In this document: piece by piece, positions 18,529 through 28,301 of the stretch
How the letters are laid out: each line of letters opens with the position of its first letter
Numbering within the stretch: position 1 is the first letter of the stretch
Assembly (NCBI GenBank): GCA_964531735.1
Contig: CAZHGD010000013.1
Location: 12,510-76,509, forward strand
Length of the DNA stretch: 64,000 bases
Direction: 5' to 3'
Source: an uncultured Fimbriimonadaceae bacterium
GTDB lineage: Bacteria; Armatimonadota; UBA10988
Program-made: the position numbers and the translations under genes
Notes under the pieces: model-generated
What the model saw: only the letters and a program-made list of their open reading frames with translations
What the model was told of the DNA's origin: nothing
The model's database searches: none

Positions 18529-19575
18529 TCACGCCTGGGCCAGCGCTGGCAGCGACTCCCGGTACGGGGGCCGCGCGATGCCACGCTCGGTGATGATACC
18601 GGCGATCAGCTCGCCGGGCGTGACGTCGAAGGCCGGGTTGAAGACGTCGACCTCGGCGGGTGCGGTGGCCACGCCGGCCACGCGGCGCACCTCGTCGGGG
18701 CGGCGCTCCTCGATGGGAATCGCGCCACCGGTCGGCAGGCTCATGTCGAACGTGCTCCACGGCGCGGCGACGTAGAACGGGAGCCCATGGTGCTTGGCCA
18801 GCACGGCGACACTGTAGGTGCCGATCTTGTTGGCCGCGTCACCGTTGGCCGCGATCCGATCGGCTCCGGTGATGACGCAGTCGAGGCCGCCTTGGTGCAT
18901 GAGCCAGCCGGCCATGTTATCGCACAGCACAGTCACGGGAATGCCCAGGCGTTCGAGTTCCCAGGCGGTCAGCCGCGAGCCTTGCAGCAACGGTCGGGTC
19001 TCATCGGCGTAGACGCGCGCCACGCGGCCCTGTTCGGCGGCGGCCCGAATGACTCCGAGCGCCGTGCCGTAGACGCCACTGGTGGCCAGCGCACCGGCGT
19101 TGCAGTGCGTCAGGATGCGCGCTCCGGGCGGCACGACGGTGGCGCCGTGGCGGGCCATGGCCTCGTTGGCCGCGCGGTCCTCGGCCAGGATCTGGTTGGC
19201 CTCGGCCAGCAGAGCGTGGCGTAGCGCGTCGGCGGCACCGGTGTGTTGCTCGACCACCCGCCAACAGCGCTCCAGCGCCCAGAACAGGTTCACCGCCGTC
19301 GGGCGGGTGCGCGCGAGTCGGTCGCGGGCCACGGCCAGGTCGGCGCGTAGTGCGGGCAGGTTCTCGGCTTGGCTCACCTGGGCGGCAAGGGCCAGACCAT
19401 AGCCGGCGGCCACGCCGATGGCCGGTGCGCCGCGGACCCGCAGCACCTCGATTGCCTCGGCCAGGGTCTCCAGTTGACGGCAGTCGAGCCAGAGCAGTTC
19501 GCGTGGTAGCTTCGTCTGGTCGATCAGCCGCACCGCCCCGTCATGCCAGCCCACGGTCAGGATTTCGTCTCGCAT
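18529..19575 (-). CDS. mtnA: S-methyl-5-thioribose-1-phosphate isomerase (eIF-2B alpha/beta/delta-like family)
   Basis: MRDEILTVGWHDGAVRLIDQTKLP...THCNAGALATSGVYGTALGVIRAA...GADRIAANGDAANKIGTYSVAVLAKHHGLPFYVAAP. ATG at 19575 has GGGAGAG upstream. Confidence 0.8.
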   Translation of the reverse strand: MRDEILTVGWHDGAVRLIDQTKLPRELLWLDCRQLETLAEAIEVLRVRGAPAIGVAAGYGLALAAQVSQAENLPALRADLAVARDRLARTRPTAVNLFWALERCWRVVEQHTGAADALRHALLAEANQILAEDRAANEAMARHGATVVPPGARILTHCNAGALATSGVYGTALGVIRAAAEQGRVARVYADETRPLLQGSRLTAWELERLGIPVTVLCDNMAGWLMHQGGLDCVITGADRIAANGDAANKIGTYSVAVLAKHHGLPFYVAAPWSTFDMSLPTGGAIPIEERRPDEVRRVAGVATAPAEVDVFNPAFDVTPGELIAGIITERGIARPPYRESLPALAQA

Positions 19576-19697
19576 CGCCCAGCTCAACTCTCCCGGCGCT
19601 CCACGGCACCGTCGGCCGCCCGAGCAGGCGGCCCTGCGGCAAGGGTAGCGGAGACTCGCGTTCAACGCCAGATGTCCGATGGCGGAGGATGGCTGGC

Positions 19698-20183
19698 TTA
19701 GGCCTCGGCGTCGGCGGCAACCGCGGTCCCGGCGCCGTCGACCACGGGCGCGGTCGCGTCCTGCGACTCGGTCGCGGGCTCGACCTCGGCTGCCGCGGGC
19801 GTGGCCATGGCCGCCAGCCCGGCCAGCGCGACCACGGCGGTGGCGATGGCCAGCAGGTCGTGGACCCGTTGGTGGAGCAAGCTGTGGTGCTGGTAGGGGA
19901 TGATCCAGTGGACGGTGACGATTTGCAGTGCCGCGGCGCCGATGGCCAGCCAGGCAGCGGCGCGGGCCACCGGCCGAAGCGCCGTGGTGGTGGCCTGGAT
20001 GCCGCAGATGGCGATCATCGCGCTGAGCGGCACCACCGCTCGACTCGCCCAGAAGCAGCTCATCTTCAGCGGCTGCGGGTCTTCGACCGGCCAGTACACG
20101 CCGGCCACCAGTACGCCGGCGATGCCCAGTATGGCCACCAGCCCACCGAGCCAGATGGGCGGTCGCTGACTATCGATGCTCAT
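19698..20183 (-). CDS. Small integral membrane protein (about 4 TM helices), hypothetical
   Basis: Strong RBS GAGGAGGG directly upstream of the ATG at 20183. Hydrophobic helices throughout. GC3 bias is good. Confidence 0.6.
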   Translation of the reverse strand: MSIDSQRPPIWLGGLVAILGIAGVLVAGVYWPVEDPQPLKMSCFWASRAVVPLSAMIAICGIQATTTALRPVARAAAWLAIGAAALQIVTVHWIIPYQHHSLLHQRVHDLLAIATAVVALAGLAAMATPAAAEVEPATESQDATAPVVDGAGTAVAADAEA

Positions 20184-20389
20184 GTTCCCTCCTCAGCCGC
20201 GACGCCGCGGCGTGGTGCCACGCGACGCCCGCCGGCCGCGGCTTCTTCGTGGCGAAGCTCCAACCAACGGCGCGATGGTGGTATGCTGCCAGCGACCGGT
20301 TGGGTTGTCGAGTTCGACGCCCGCCGCCGCCGGTCGCGTCGCCGGTACGATTGTTGTGACGCGCCGAGCGGGTGTCAAGGACTGGTCCG

Positions 20390-20965
20390 ATGACGGAGGC
20401 GCAGCCTGGCGTGCGCGTGGCCGGCGAACCGGACGTGGTGGAGTTGTCACGCCTGTACACGGCGCACCTGACCTACCACGAGCCGTTCGACGCGGCCTTC
20501 CGGCCACGTGCCGACGGTGACTACGCGCGGCTCTGGCGGGGCGTCCTGGCCGACCACGATGAGCGGACGTTCGTTGCGGAGGCGCCGGCGGGGCTGGTCG
20601 GCTTCGCGCGGTGCAGGCTCTGTCGTCAACCGGCTGGCCGGCGGCAGCGCCTCCTGGACGCCTTGCTACGGCGCCGTCGCGCCGTCGTCAACGGGCAGAT
20701 CGTCGACTTCTTCGTGGACGCGGACCACCGCCGCGCCGGCGTCGGCACGGCGTTGCTGGCGGCGGCCAAGGACTGGTTTGGCCAACACGGCATCGCCACG
20801 ATGTGCCTGAGCGTCTGGGTGGCGAACGAGGCCGGGCTCGCCTTCTGGCAGGCGATGGGCATGCGCCCGCAGGTGCTCTCAATGCGCTGCTCGCTCGATG
20901 AGCAGCAGGACACCTCAACAGAAGGGCCAAGGCGGTCGGCAGCACTGCCGGAAGGGACTGGATGA
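20390..20965 (+). CDS. GNAT-family N-acetyltransferase
   Basis: IVDFFVDADHRRAGVGTALLAAAKDWFGQHGIATMCLSVWVANEAGLAFWQAMGM is a GNAT motif A region. ATG at 20390 follows AAGGA. Its stop overlaps the start of the next gene. Confidence 0.7.
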   Translation: MTEAQPGVRVAGEPDVVELSRLYTAHLTYHEPFDAAFRPRADGDYARLWRGVLADHDERTFVAEAPAGLVGFARCRLCRQPAGRRQRLLDALLRRRRAVVNGQIVDFFVDADHRRAGVGTALLAAAKDWFGQHGIATMCLSVWVANEAGLAFWQAMGMRPQVLSMRCSLDEQQDTSTEGPRRSAALPEGTG

Positions 20966-22776
20966 TGCAGCGGATCAGTGGTGGGTCTGTCACAACGCCG
21001 CCGGAGTGGGCGCTCCTCCAGCGGCACCTGTTCGAGGCCATGGGCGCAGCGGCCGAGGCCTTTGTCGAGCGCTACACGCACGACGACGGGACGCTCGTCT
21101 GGCGGGAGGCCTGGCCGGGCATGGACGGCTCGGACGACGGCTACGAGAGCTTCGGCAACTTCTCGTTGTTCCATGCGCTGGGCGGCCCAGACTTCTTCGA
21201 TCCGCTCGCGCGGCGCCTGTGGGAGGCGGTCACGCGCCAGTTCACCGCCTACGGTCAGGTGGAGCGCGAGTTCGACGGCTACTACGACTGGATGCACCAC
21301 GGCGAGAGCTACACCTACACCTACTTCTTCGGGCTGGCCGACCCGACCCGCCAGGCCGACCGCGACCGGGCGCGGCGCTTCGCCGCCATGTACCTGGGCG
21401 AGGACCCGCTGGCGCCCAACTGGGACGCTGAGCATCGCCTGATCCGCTCGCCGATCACCGGCAGCCGCGGGCCGCGATTCGAGAACTCAGCCGTCGACTG
21501 GGTCACCCACCGGCCGATCCTGGCGGCCTACCCGCCGCCCTTCGAGGATATCCCGGGCGTGCCGGGCCCGCTCTGCGACTGGAACGACGATGGCGTCTTC
21601 GCCGAGGTGCTGCAGCGGCTGAACGCCCGCATGATGCGCGGCGATGTCCCGCTCAACCTGACCAGCACCAGTCTGATGACGCATGCCTACTGCCTGACCG
21701 GCGACGAGCAGTACCGCACGTGGGTGCTCGAGTACACGACGGCTTGGCGCGAACGGGCGCAGCGGAACGGCGGCCTGCTGCCCGATAACGTCGGTCCCAG
21801 CGGCGAGATCGGCGAGTGCCTGGAGGGCAAGTGGTACGGTGGCTACTACGGCTACCGCTGGCCGCATGGCATCATGACGATTCTGGAGCCGGCCGTCATC
21901 GCGGCGGCGAACTGCCTGCTGCTGACCGGTGACCGTGAGTGGCTCGATCTGCCGCGGAGCCAGTTCGACCGGCTGGCCGCCCTGGGTGAGTACCGCGACG
22001 GGCGCCTGTTCGTCCCGCACCGGCACGGCGACCAGGGCTGGTACGACTTCCGGCCGTTCGATGCGCGGTTCCACCTCTACCTGTGGTACCTGTCGCAGGA
22101 CACGCAGGACTGGGAGCGGCTGTGTTCGCTCGGGCCGCGCGATGGGTGGGAGCACGTCCACGGGCGGCGCGACAAGGGCGACCAGGGCCACGCGGCGCCC
22201 TGGATCCGGTACCTGGAAGGTGCCGTGCCGGACTACCCGGAGCAGATCCTGCGGGCCAACCTGGCCGAGATGCACCGGCGGCTGGTCGCGATCAAGGCCG
22301 ACCGCAGCAGCGTCGACGAGCAGGACGTGCACCACTGGCAGCAACTCAACCCGGTCGGCACCGAGGCCCTCGTCCAGTTGACCTGCGGCGGCCCGCAGTT
22401 CGTCTACCACGGCGGTCTGCTGCACTGCCGGCTCCGCCATTTCGACCCGGCGCGCCGACGAGCCGGTCTGCCGCCCGACATGGCCGCTCTCGTCGAGGCC
22501 GTCACGCCGGAGCGCACCGTGCTGCGGCTGGTCAACCTCAACCCGGTGGCGGAGCGCACGGTGATCGTGCAAGCCGGTGCGTTCGGCGAGCATCAGTTCG
22601 ACACGGTCACCATCGAGCCCGACGGCGCGCCGCTGCCGGTGGGCGGCCGGCACCTCGACGTGCGCGTGCCGCCCGGGCACGAGGTACGCCTCACCTTGCG
22701 GTTGAGCCTCCACCAGAACCGGCCGACCTACGCCGCGCCGTGGCACGGTGACCGGATTCCGGAGGTCGCGTGGTGA
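20962..22776 (+). CDS. Hypothetical protein (604 aa), family not recognised; translationally coupled between the GNAT and adenosine-deaminase genes
   Basis: Long ORF with consistent GC3 bias and non-repetitive, Trp/Tyr-rich composition. The start overlaps the GNAT stop (ATGA), and the end overlaps the next start. Confidence 0.65.
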   Translation: MMQRISGGSVTTPPEWALLQRHLFEAMGAAAEAFVERYTHDDGTLVWREAWPGMDGSDDGYESFGNFSLFHALGGPDFFDPLARRLWEAVTRQFTAYGQVEREFDGYYDWMHHGESYTYTYFFGLADPTRQADRDRARRFAAMYLGEDPLAPNWDAEHRLIRSPITGSRGPRFENSAVDWVTHRPILAAYPPPFEDIPGVPGPLCDWNDDGVFAEVLQRLNARMMRGDVPLNLTSTSLMTHAYCLTGDEQYRTWVLEYTTAWRERAQRNGGLLPDNVGPSGEIGECLEGKWYGGYYGYRWPHGIMTILEPAVIAAANCLLLTGDREWLDLPRSQFDRLAALGEYRDGRLFVPHRHGDQGWYDFRPFDARFHLYLWYLSQDTQDWERLCSLGPRDGWEHVHGRRDKGDQGHAAPWIRYLEGAVPDYPEQILRANLAEMHRRLVAIKADRSSVDEQDVHHWQQLNPVGTEALVQLTCGGPQFVYHGGLLHCRLRHFDPARRRAGLPPDMAALVEAVTPERTVLRLVNLNPVAERTVIVQAGAFGEHQFDTVTIEPDGAPLPVGGRHLDVRVPPGHEVRLTLRLSLHQNRPTYAAPWHGDRIPEVAW

Positions 22777-23849
22777 GGTGGGGAGACCAGCTGGCTCGGC
22801 TGCCCAAGGCCGAGTTGCATTTGCACCTGCGCGGCGCGTTGCCGCCCGCGCTGTTGCCTGAGTTGGTCCGCAAGTACGGCACGGCCGGCCTGGTCGAGCA
22901 GGCGTCGCCCTGGCTGCAAGGTCTGTGGGCCAGGGCGGCCAACCTCCGGCCGTTCCTGGAGGACCGCTGGTCGGCAGCGGATTTCGAGCGGTTCTTCGAG
23001 TTCGCGGACTTCGAGAACTTCCTGGCGACCTTCGCGTTCACCGGGTTCCTGATGCGCGAGGCCGATGACTTACGCGCCTTGGTCGAGGGCGTGTTGCGCG
23101 GCCTGCGTGAGCAGAACGTGGTCTACGCGGAGATCATGGTCTCGCTGCGCGAGTACCTGATGCACGGCCTCCGCCTCGAAGACTGCCTGAGCATCATGTC
23201 CGAGGCGTGCGTGCCGGGCATCCGCGTCCGCTGGCTCGTCGACCTGGTGCGCTCATTTGGTGTGGACGCCGCCGACGAGCTGCTGGGGTGGCTGATTGAC
23301 GCCAACTGCCCGGCGGTGACCGGCATCCATCTCGGCGGTCCCGAGCATCTGTTCCCGCCGGCTCGGTTCGAGCCGGTGTTCCGGCGCGCGCGCGCAGCGG
23401 GGCTGCGCGTCTGCGCTCATGCCGGCGAAGCACTCGGCCCGGAGAGCGTCCGTGACGCGGTCGAACTGCTGGCCGTGGAGCGGGTCGGGCACGGCGTTCG
23501 GGCTGTCGAGGACGCCGAGTTGGTCGCCGAACTGGCCCGCCGGCGCGTGCCGCTCGAGATCTGCCCGACCAGCAACCGGGCCACCGGTGTGACGCCTCGT
23601 CTCGCCGCTCACCCTCTGCCAACCTTGCTGCGGGCAGGCGTGGCAGCGTCGATCAGCACCGATGACCCGACCTTCTTCAAGACCAGCCTGACCGAGGAAC
23701 TGCTGACTGTCTCGGGCATGGGTGTGCCGCAGGCCGAGGTGCTGGAACTGATGCGCAACGGCTTCCGACATGCCTTTGCCGACGCGGCCGAGCGCGATGA
23801 CTACGTGAGCGCCTTCGACCGCGAGTTGGCCGCGTTGGCCGGGCCGTAG
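22770..23849 (+). CDS. Adenosine/adenine deaminase-family amidohydrolase
   Basis: LPKAELHLHLRGAL metal-binding HxH motif. HAGE motif (VCAHAGEALGP). SISTDDP motif. GTG start overlaps the upstream stop. Confidence 0.85.
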   Translation: MVRWGDQLARLPKAELHLHLRGALPPALLPELVRKYGTAGLVEQASPWLQGLWARAANLRPFLEDRWSAADFERFFEFADFENFLATFAFTGFLMREADDLRALVEGVLRGLREQNVVYAEIMVSLREYLMHGLRLEDCLSIMSEACVPGIRVRWLVDLVRSFGVDAADELLGWLIDANCPAVTGIHLGGPEHLFPPARFEPVFRRARAAGLRVCAHAGEALGPESVRDAVELLAVERVGHGVRAVEDAELVAELARRRVPLEICPTSNRATGVTPRLAAHPLPTLLRAGVAASISTDDPTFFKTSLTEELLTVSGMGVPQAEVLELMRNGFRHAFADAAERDDYVSAFDRELAALAGP

Positions 23850-23851
23850 TG

Positions 23852-24307
23852 CTACTGTGAGCGGACCATCGCCACCGCGAACACCAGGCCGGTGAGCACG
23901 GTGAGCCGCAGGCCGAACTGCACGAGCTTCTTGTGCATCGGGTGCAGCACCGAGGCGTCAGTCCGCAGGCCGAGCACCACGTCCTTGAGGAAGTTGCGCT
24001 TGGCCTTGCGTCCGCTATCGGCCATGGTGGCCGCCGTCGTCTCCTGAACGGACTTGGGGAAGCGCACCGACGCCTGCTGCAGGTCGCTGTCGGCATTGGG
24101 GAGCGACGCCGCCACCTGGCTGTTCTGGAGCGCCGTGTCCAGCGCCATCCGGACGCGGGCGTCGGTCTGCGGCTTGCCTTCGCGCTTCAGCTTGCTGGCG
24201 GTCTGCTTGTCGGACATATCACCGATGAGCGGCATGAGGAACAGCGTCAGCGTGGTCACCGCCACCCCAGCGAAGAGTAGGCACGCCTGCATCGGGAACC
24301 GCCGCAT
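23852..24307 (-). CDS. Hypothetical membrane protein with N- and C-terminal TM helices
   Basis: AAGGAG sits 6 nt upstream of the ATG at 24307. Good GC3 bias. MQACLLFAGVAVTTLTLFLMPLI ... VLTGLVFAVAMV. Confidence 0.6.
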   Translation of the reverse strand: MRRFPMQACLLFAGVAVTTLTLFLMPLIGDMSDKQTASKLKREGKPQTDARVRMALDTALQNSQVAASLPNADSDLQQASVRFPKSVQETTAATMADSGRKAKRNFLKDVVLGLRTDASVLHPMHKKLVQFGLRLTVLTGLVFAVAMVRSQ

Positions 24308-24418
24308 TGCTGACTCCTTGTTGGCGACCTGACCGCAGTGACCTCACCGCGGTCGTCGCACCCGCTCATCGACTCTGTCGCTACCGTTACGACACGACTC
24401 CTCAGCCGAGGTCTCGCG

Positions 24419-25561
24419 CTATCGCTCCCGCAGGAACGGCGGGATGTTCAGGTCATCATCGCTCGGTCCGCTGGGCCGTCGCGGCTCGGGCGGCGGCGGT
24501 GGTGGCGGGAGCGGGCTGCTGGCGGCCGGATTCGGCGTGAAGGTCGGTGGCTGCCGCGGCGCCGGCGGCGGCGCGGAGTGCCGTTGCGGCCGCAAGACGC
24601 CGCCATCCTCGGGCAACTCGAAGCCGGTAGCAATCACGGTGATGCGCAGCTCGTCGTGCATCCGCTCGTCGAGTATCACGCCAAAGAACACGTTGGCGTC
24701 ATCGACGCCCGCGGCGCCGGCGATGCGCTCGGCGGCCTCGTTGGCCTCGGTCACCGCGAGGTCGTAGCCGGCGGTGATGTTGAACAGTATGCTGCGGGCG
24801 CCCTTGATGCTGCCCTCGAGCAGCGGGCTGGTGGTGGCGGCCTGCGCCGCCTGCGCCGCGCGGTTCTCGCCGCTGCCGAGGCCGATACCCATAAGGGCCG
24901 AGCCGGCGTCCTTCATGACCGCGCGCACATCGTTGAAGTCGAGGTTGATCAGCCCTGGCGTGGTGATCAGGTCGGCGATGCCCTGAACGCCCTGGCGCAG
25001 CACATCGTCGACGAGTCGGAAAGCCTCGATGAGCGGCGCGCGCTTGTCGACGATGTTCATCAGGTTGTCGTTGGGCACCGTGATCAGCGTGTCGACGTGC
25101 TGCTTCAGTTCGCGCAGACCTTCGCGGGCCACTTCCATGCGGCGGCGGCCTTCAAAGCCGAAGGGCTTGGTCACCACGGCGACGGTCAGCGCGCCGGCCT
25201 CGCGGGCGCACTCGGCCACCACCGGCGCCGAGCCGGTACCGGTGCCGCCACCCATGCCGGCGGTGATGAACACCATGTCGGCGCCCTGAACCGCCATGGT
25301 CAGGTCGCCGCGGTCCTCCTCGGCCGCGGCGCGCCCCTTGGCGGGATCGCCGCCGGCGCCGAGACGGCGGGTGGCCTGCTCACCGATCTGGAGGCGCACA
25401 TCGGCCTTGGAGTCGGCCAGATCCTGGGCGTCGGTGTTGACGGCGATGAACTCGACCCCACGCAGTCCGGCCTCAACCATGCGGTTGATCGCGTTGCCGC
25501 CGCCACCGCCGCAGCCGATGACCTTGATGCGCTCGTAGGATTCGCCAGCCAGGCCGGCCAT
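24419..25561 (-). CDS. ftsZ: Cell division protein FtsZ
   Basis: [31 protein letters not shown] (tubulin signature), NVDFADV-like block. C-terminal conserved peptide [13 protein letters not shown] follows a Pro-rich linker. True ATG at 25561 follows GGGAGG. The ORF-track start at 25885 is a basic/Pro-rich extension. Confidence 0.92.
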   Translation of the reverse strand: MAGLAGESYERIKVIGCGGGGGNAINRMVEAGLRGVEFIAVNTDAQDLADSKADVRLQIGEQATRRLGAGGDPAKGRAAAEEDRGDLTMAVQGADMVFITAGMGGGTGTGSAPVVAECAREAGALTVAVVTKPFGFEGRRRMEVAREGLRELKQHVDTLITVPNDNLMNIVDKRAPLIEAFRLVDDVLRQGVQGIADLITTPGLINLDFNDVRAVMKDAGSALMGIGLGSGENRAAQAAQAATTSPLLEGSIKGARSILFNITAGYDLAVTEANEAAERIAGAAGVDDANVFFGVILDERMHDELRITVIATGFELPEDGGVLRPQRHSAPPPAPRQPPTFTPNPAASSPLPPPPPPPEPRRPSGPSDDDLNIPPFLRER

Positions 25562-25757
25562 GAGGTCTACCTCCCGCTCCGTGTGTTGTGACGCTGGTTC
25601 CCGGCGCGGCTGGCTCGCGTCGCCGGCGCCAGCCGGTGCAGCCTGCGGGCTGACCCGCGCTCGGCGGGCCTGTCCGCGGCCCCGACCACGAGGGCTTGGA
25701 TCACCGGTGGACCCACCTGCTGCGTCACCGCCTGGCGACATGGAACCGGCAGAATCG

Positions 25758-26528
25758 TCAACTGTCAACCGCGTCGTCCTCGTCGGGGTTGGCCTTGCGC
25801 GCCGCCTTTTCCTTCTCGCGTTCGTCGGCGTCCGGGTCTTTGGGCGCGACCGGCTCGGGCTTGGTCGCCTGGCCGCCGCCGGCACCCGGGCCGCCGGCGC
25901 CGCCTGCCGGACCGGCCGGTCCCGTCGCCGTGCCCCCTTGCTGGATCGCTTGCTGCAGCCGGTTCTTGTCGGCCTCCGGCACCACCTGCGGCGGCGCCAT
26001 CTCGTACTTGATCGAACCGTCGGCGTAGAGCACGAGGTAACCGCCGGAGTTGCGCGGCACCAGTTCGGGCAAGACGTAGGCGGCGGCGTTCATATCCATC
26101 AGCAGCCAGGTGCGCGCGTTGACCTGGTCGGCGAGTTGGCCGTTGACGCCCGAGTTCCAGATGTAGGTGAGGCCAGCCTTCTGAAATGCTTCCGGCGCCC
26201 GCGGCGCCACCCAGAGCTGCTTCGGCACGCGATTGCCCAGCACGCGGACGATGCTCCGCGGGCTGGTCTGCACCGCGTTGGGGTCGGCCTTGATGTTCGG
26301 GTACATGTCGGCGGTGGGCAGCCGGCCGTCGTGGTCGTCCGCGTACATGGTGACGGCCAGGTGAATCTGCTTCATCTGGCTGATGGCCACGGTCCGCTGC
26401 GCCATGCCGAGCACCTGCCAGGCGGCGCCGGCGCCGCCGCCCGCCATGGACGTCATGATGCTGCAGACGGTGGCGACCTCGGCCAGGCCCTGCCCGAGCC
26501 TGCGCCGCCGCGCGAGTAGAGACACCAT
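25758..26528 (-). CDS. Prepilin/DUF1559-like (pseudopilin-like) protein with a degenerate N-terminal motif and a Gly/Pro-rich acidic tail
   Basis: [31 protein letters not shown] and [16 protein letters not shown] resemble the DUF1559 / H-X9-DG family blocks (ARxxACxxNLKQIGLALxNYxD ... LFADGSV). The canonical GFTLIELLVV prepilin motif is absent. GGGAGGG sits 5 nt upstream of the ATG at 26528. Confidence 0.6.
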   Translation of the reverse strand: MVSLLARRRRLGQGLAEVATVCSIMTSMAGGGAGAAWQVLGMAQRTVAISQMKQIHLAVTMYADDHDGRLPTADMYPNIKADPNAVQTSPRSIVRVLGNRVPKQLWVAPRAPEAFQKAGLTYIWNSGVNGQLADQVNARTWLLMDMNAAAYVLPELVPRNSGGYLVLYADGSIKYEMAPPQVVPEADKNRLQQAIQQGGTATGPAGPAGGAGGPGAGGGQATKPEPVAPKDPDADEREKEKAARKANPDEDDAVDS

Positions 26529-26723
26529 TGCGCCCTCCCGCCGCGCCGATGTGCCTGGGCGCGGCTGCCAACGAGCGCGATTCTACCACTCCGCAGGGCG
26601 GCATGCAACTGCCGTAGCGACCTCGGCGCAGCTTGTGGCCACCTGGCGGCTGTGGTATAGTCGCCGGCGATGGGCGGTGGCCGCGACGGTCAGAGGGCGG
26701 CGGGCCGACGGGTCGGTGGAGCG

Positions 26724-28172
26724 GTGCATTTCCTATTCCTGGCGGCGCTGATGTGGCTACCGACGGTGGCGGCACGGCAGGCGCAGACACTCGATATCAA
26801 CGGCCACAGCATCGCGATCGAGGCCGATCACATCCAGGTGGACGGCGCGGCGCGCAAAGCCTATCTGGTCGGTGGTGCGGCCATCCGTAGCGGGCGCACC
26901 TCGTTCCGGGCCGACCAGATTGTCGTCGACTACTCGCGTCCAGAGCGCCCCAGCGCCACCGCTGCGGGGCATGTGGTGCTCGACAGCCCGCAGTTGGGCC
27001 GCGTCACGGGCGACCGCTTACGCTACGACCTGGCCGTCCAGCGCGGTGAGATCCACGACGTCGAGGTGACCATTCCGCTCGACTTCACGCCGAACCTGTC
27101 GGACCTGATGCGGTCGAGTGAGTTGCCCAAAGAGCTGCGCTTGCGCGCCACGGAGGCGGCGCAGCTCGGCAACCAGGTGCTGCTCAAGGGCACCTCGGCC
27201 ACCTGTTCGAGCAGCCGCCCGCCGCAGTTCCTGTTGAAGTCCGACCAGATCGTGGTCAGTGCCGGCAAGCTCGGTGTGCTGAGCGGCTTGGAGCAGTTGC
27301 AGGCCCGCGGCGTGAAGCTGCAACTCTACGGGCTGACGGTGCTCGGGCTGCCGGACATGAACCTGCGCTCGGGTGACATCATCATCCCGCGGGTCGGTCT
27401 CGACAGCACCTACGGTCTCTACGTCGAGCGCTCGTTGGTGCCGATCGCGGCCAAGCCGTTCCGGCTGACCATCACGCCTCGCGTGGGGACCAATCTGCTG
27501 ATGACCGGCCACGGCGAGGCCACGTTCAGCACCGACGTCGGGCGACTGGCCTTGTCGGCCGCCTACCGCAACCGGCTGGTGCTGCCGGTCAGCCGCCAGA
27601 CCGTGGTCTACTCGGTGGGTCCCGAGCTGAGTTGGCGAACTGCCGAGTTCAAACTGCCGCGTGGCGGCGGTAGCTGGTCGGGCGGCGCCAGCGGCGGCTA
27701 CTACCGCGAGATCGGTGGCCCGCGCGCCTGGCGGGCGCAGACGGACCTGACCTACCGCCAGCCGCTCTACGCCAACCGCACCACGCGGGCCTGGATCGCC
27801 GGCACCGGCTGGTACGCCGTGTACGGCCGCGCCGGGCACTACGGTTGGCTGCGAGGCGACCTCGGGCTGGAGAAGCGGTTTGGTGACTTGGCCTATGTGG
27901 GCGTGGGGGCCACCTCGCACTGGATTGGCGGCCAGACGCCGGTGCGCTTCGACCGGATCGAACTGGTGAGCGACGTGACCGTGTCGACGCGGTGGCGTGT
28001 GGCACGGCAGTGGCTGATCGGCAACCGCCTCGACTACGATCTGGAACGCGGTGCCGTGCGGCGCGAGGAGTACTCGCTGGCCTACCGTGACCGGCTGATC
28101 GAGTACGAACTGCGCGTGCTGACCCAGCCCAGCACCGAAGTGCGCCTGGGGGCCAGGCTGTTGGGCTTCTGA
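26724..28172 (+). CDS. LptD/OstA-like outer-membrane protein (short form)
   Basis: Signal peptide MHFLFLAALMWLPTVAARQ from the GTG at 26724, after GGTGGAG. The alternative ATG at 26670 would be leaderless relative to the putative promoter. OstA-like N-terminal block HSIAIEADHIQVDGAARKAYLVGGAAIRSGRTSFRADQIVVD...LRYDLAVQRGEIHD. Beta-strand-rich remainder ending ...RLGARLLGF (C-terminal Phe). Confidence 0.55.
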   Translation: MHFLFLAALMWLPTVAARQAQTLDINGHSIAIEADHIQVDGAARKAYLVGGAAIRSGRTSFRADQIVVDYSRPERPSATAAGHVVLDSPQLGRVTGDRLRYDLAVQRGEIHDVEVTIPLDFTPNLSDLMRSSELPKELRLRATEAAQLGNQVLLKGTSATCSSSRPPQFLLKSDQIVVSAGKLGVLSGLEQLQARGVKLQLYGLTVLGLPDMNLRSGDIIIPRVGLDSTYGLYVERSLVPIAAKPFRLTITPRVGTNLLMTGHGEATFSTDVGRLALSAAYRNRLVLPVSRQTVVYSVGPELSWRTAEFKLPRGGGSWSGGASGGYYREIGGPRAWRAQTDLTYRQPLYANRTTRAWIAGTGWYAVYGRAGHYGWLRGDLGLEKRFGDLAYVGVGATSHWIGGQTPVRFDRIELVSDVTVSTRWRVARQWLIGNRLDYDLERGAVRREEYSLAYRDRLIEYELRVLTQPSTEVRLGARLLGF

Positions 28173-28245
28173 GCCGGGCTCAGTCCGGCAAGACGCAGCC
28201 GCGCCAGGCGACTCTGTAAGGGCAGGATGCTTGGTGGTTGGCGTC

Positions 28246-28274
28246 TTGACACCGGCCGGTGGCGAACCTATGCT
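28246..28274 (+). promoter_or_regulatory. Sigma70-like promoter candidate: TTGACA, 17-nt spacer, TATGCT
   Basis: Consensus -35 hexamer at 28246-28251, a 17-nt spacer, and TATGCT at 28269-28274. The element sits about 28 nt upstream of the ATG at 28302. Confidence 0.35.
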
Positions 28275-28301
28275 GCTCTGTCTGCGGACCGAGAACCGGC
28301 T

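Noticed and set aside
24338-26519. Plus-strand ORFs 24338..25591 and 25560..26519, and the N-terminal 108-codon extension of the ftsZ ORF (to 25885)
   Set aside because: They are antisense to ftsZ and the pseudopilin-like gene. The ftsZ extension is basic and Pro-rich with no RBS. The true ATG at 25561 has GGGAGG upstream and begins the conserved FtsZ N-terminus.
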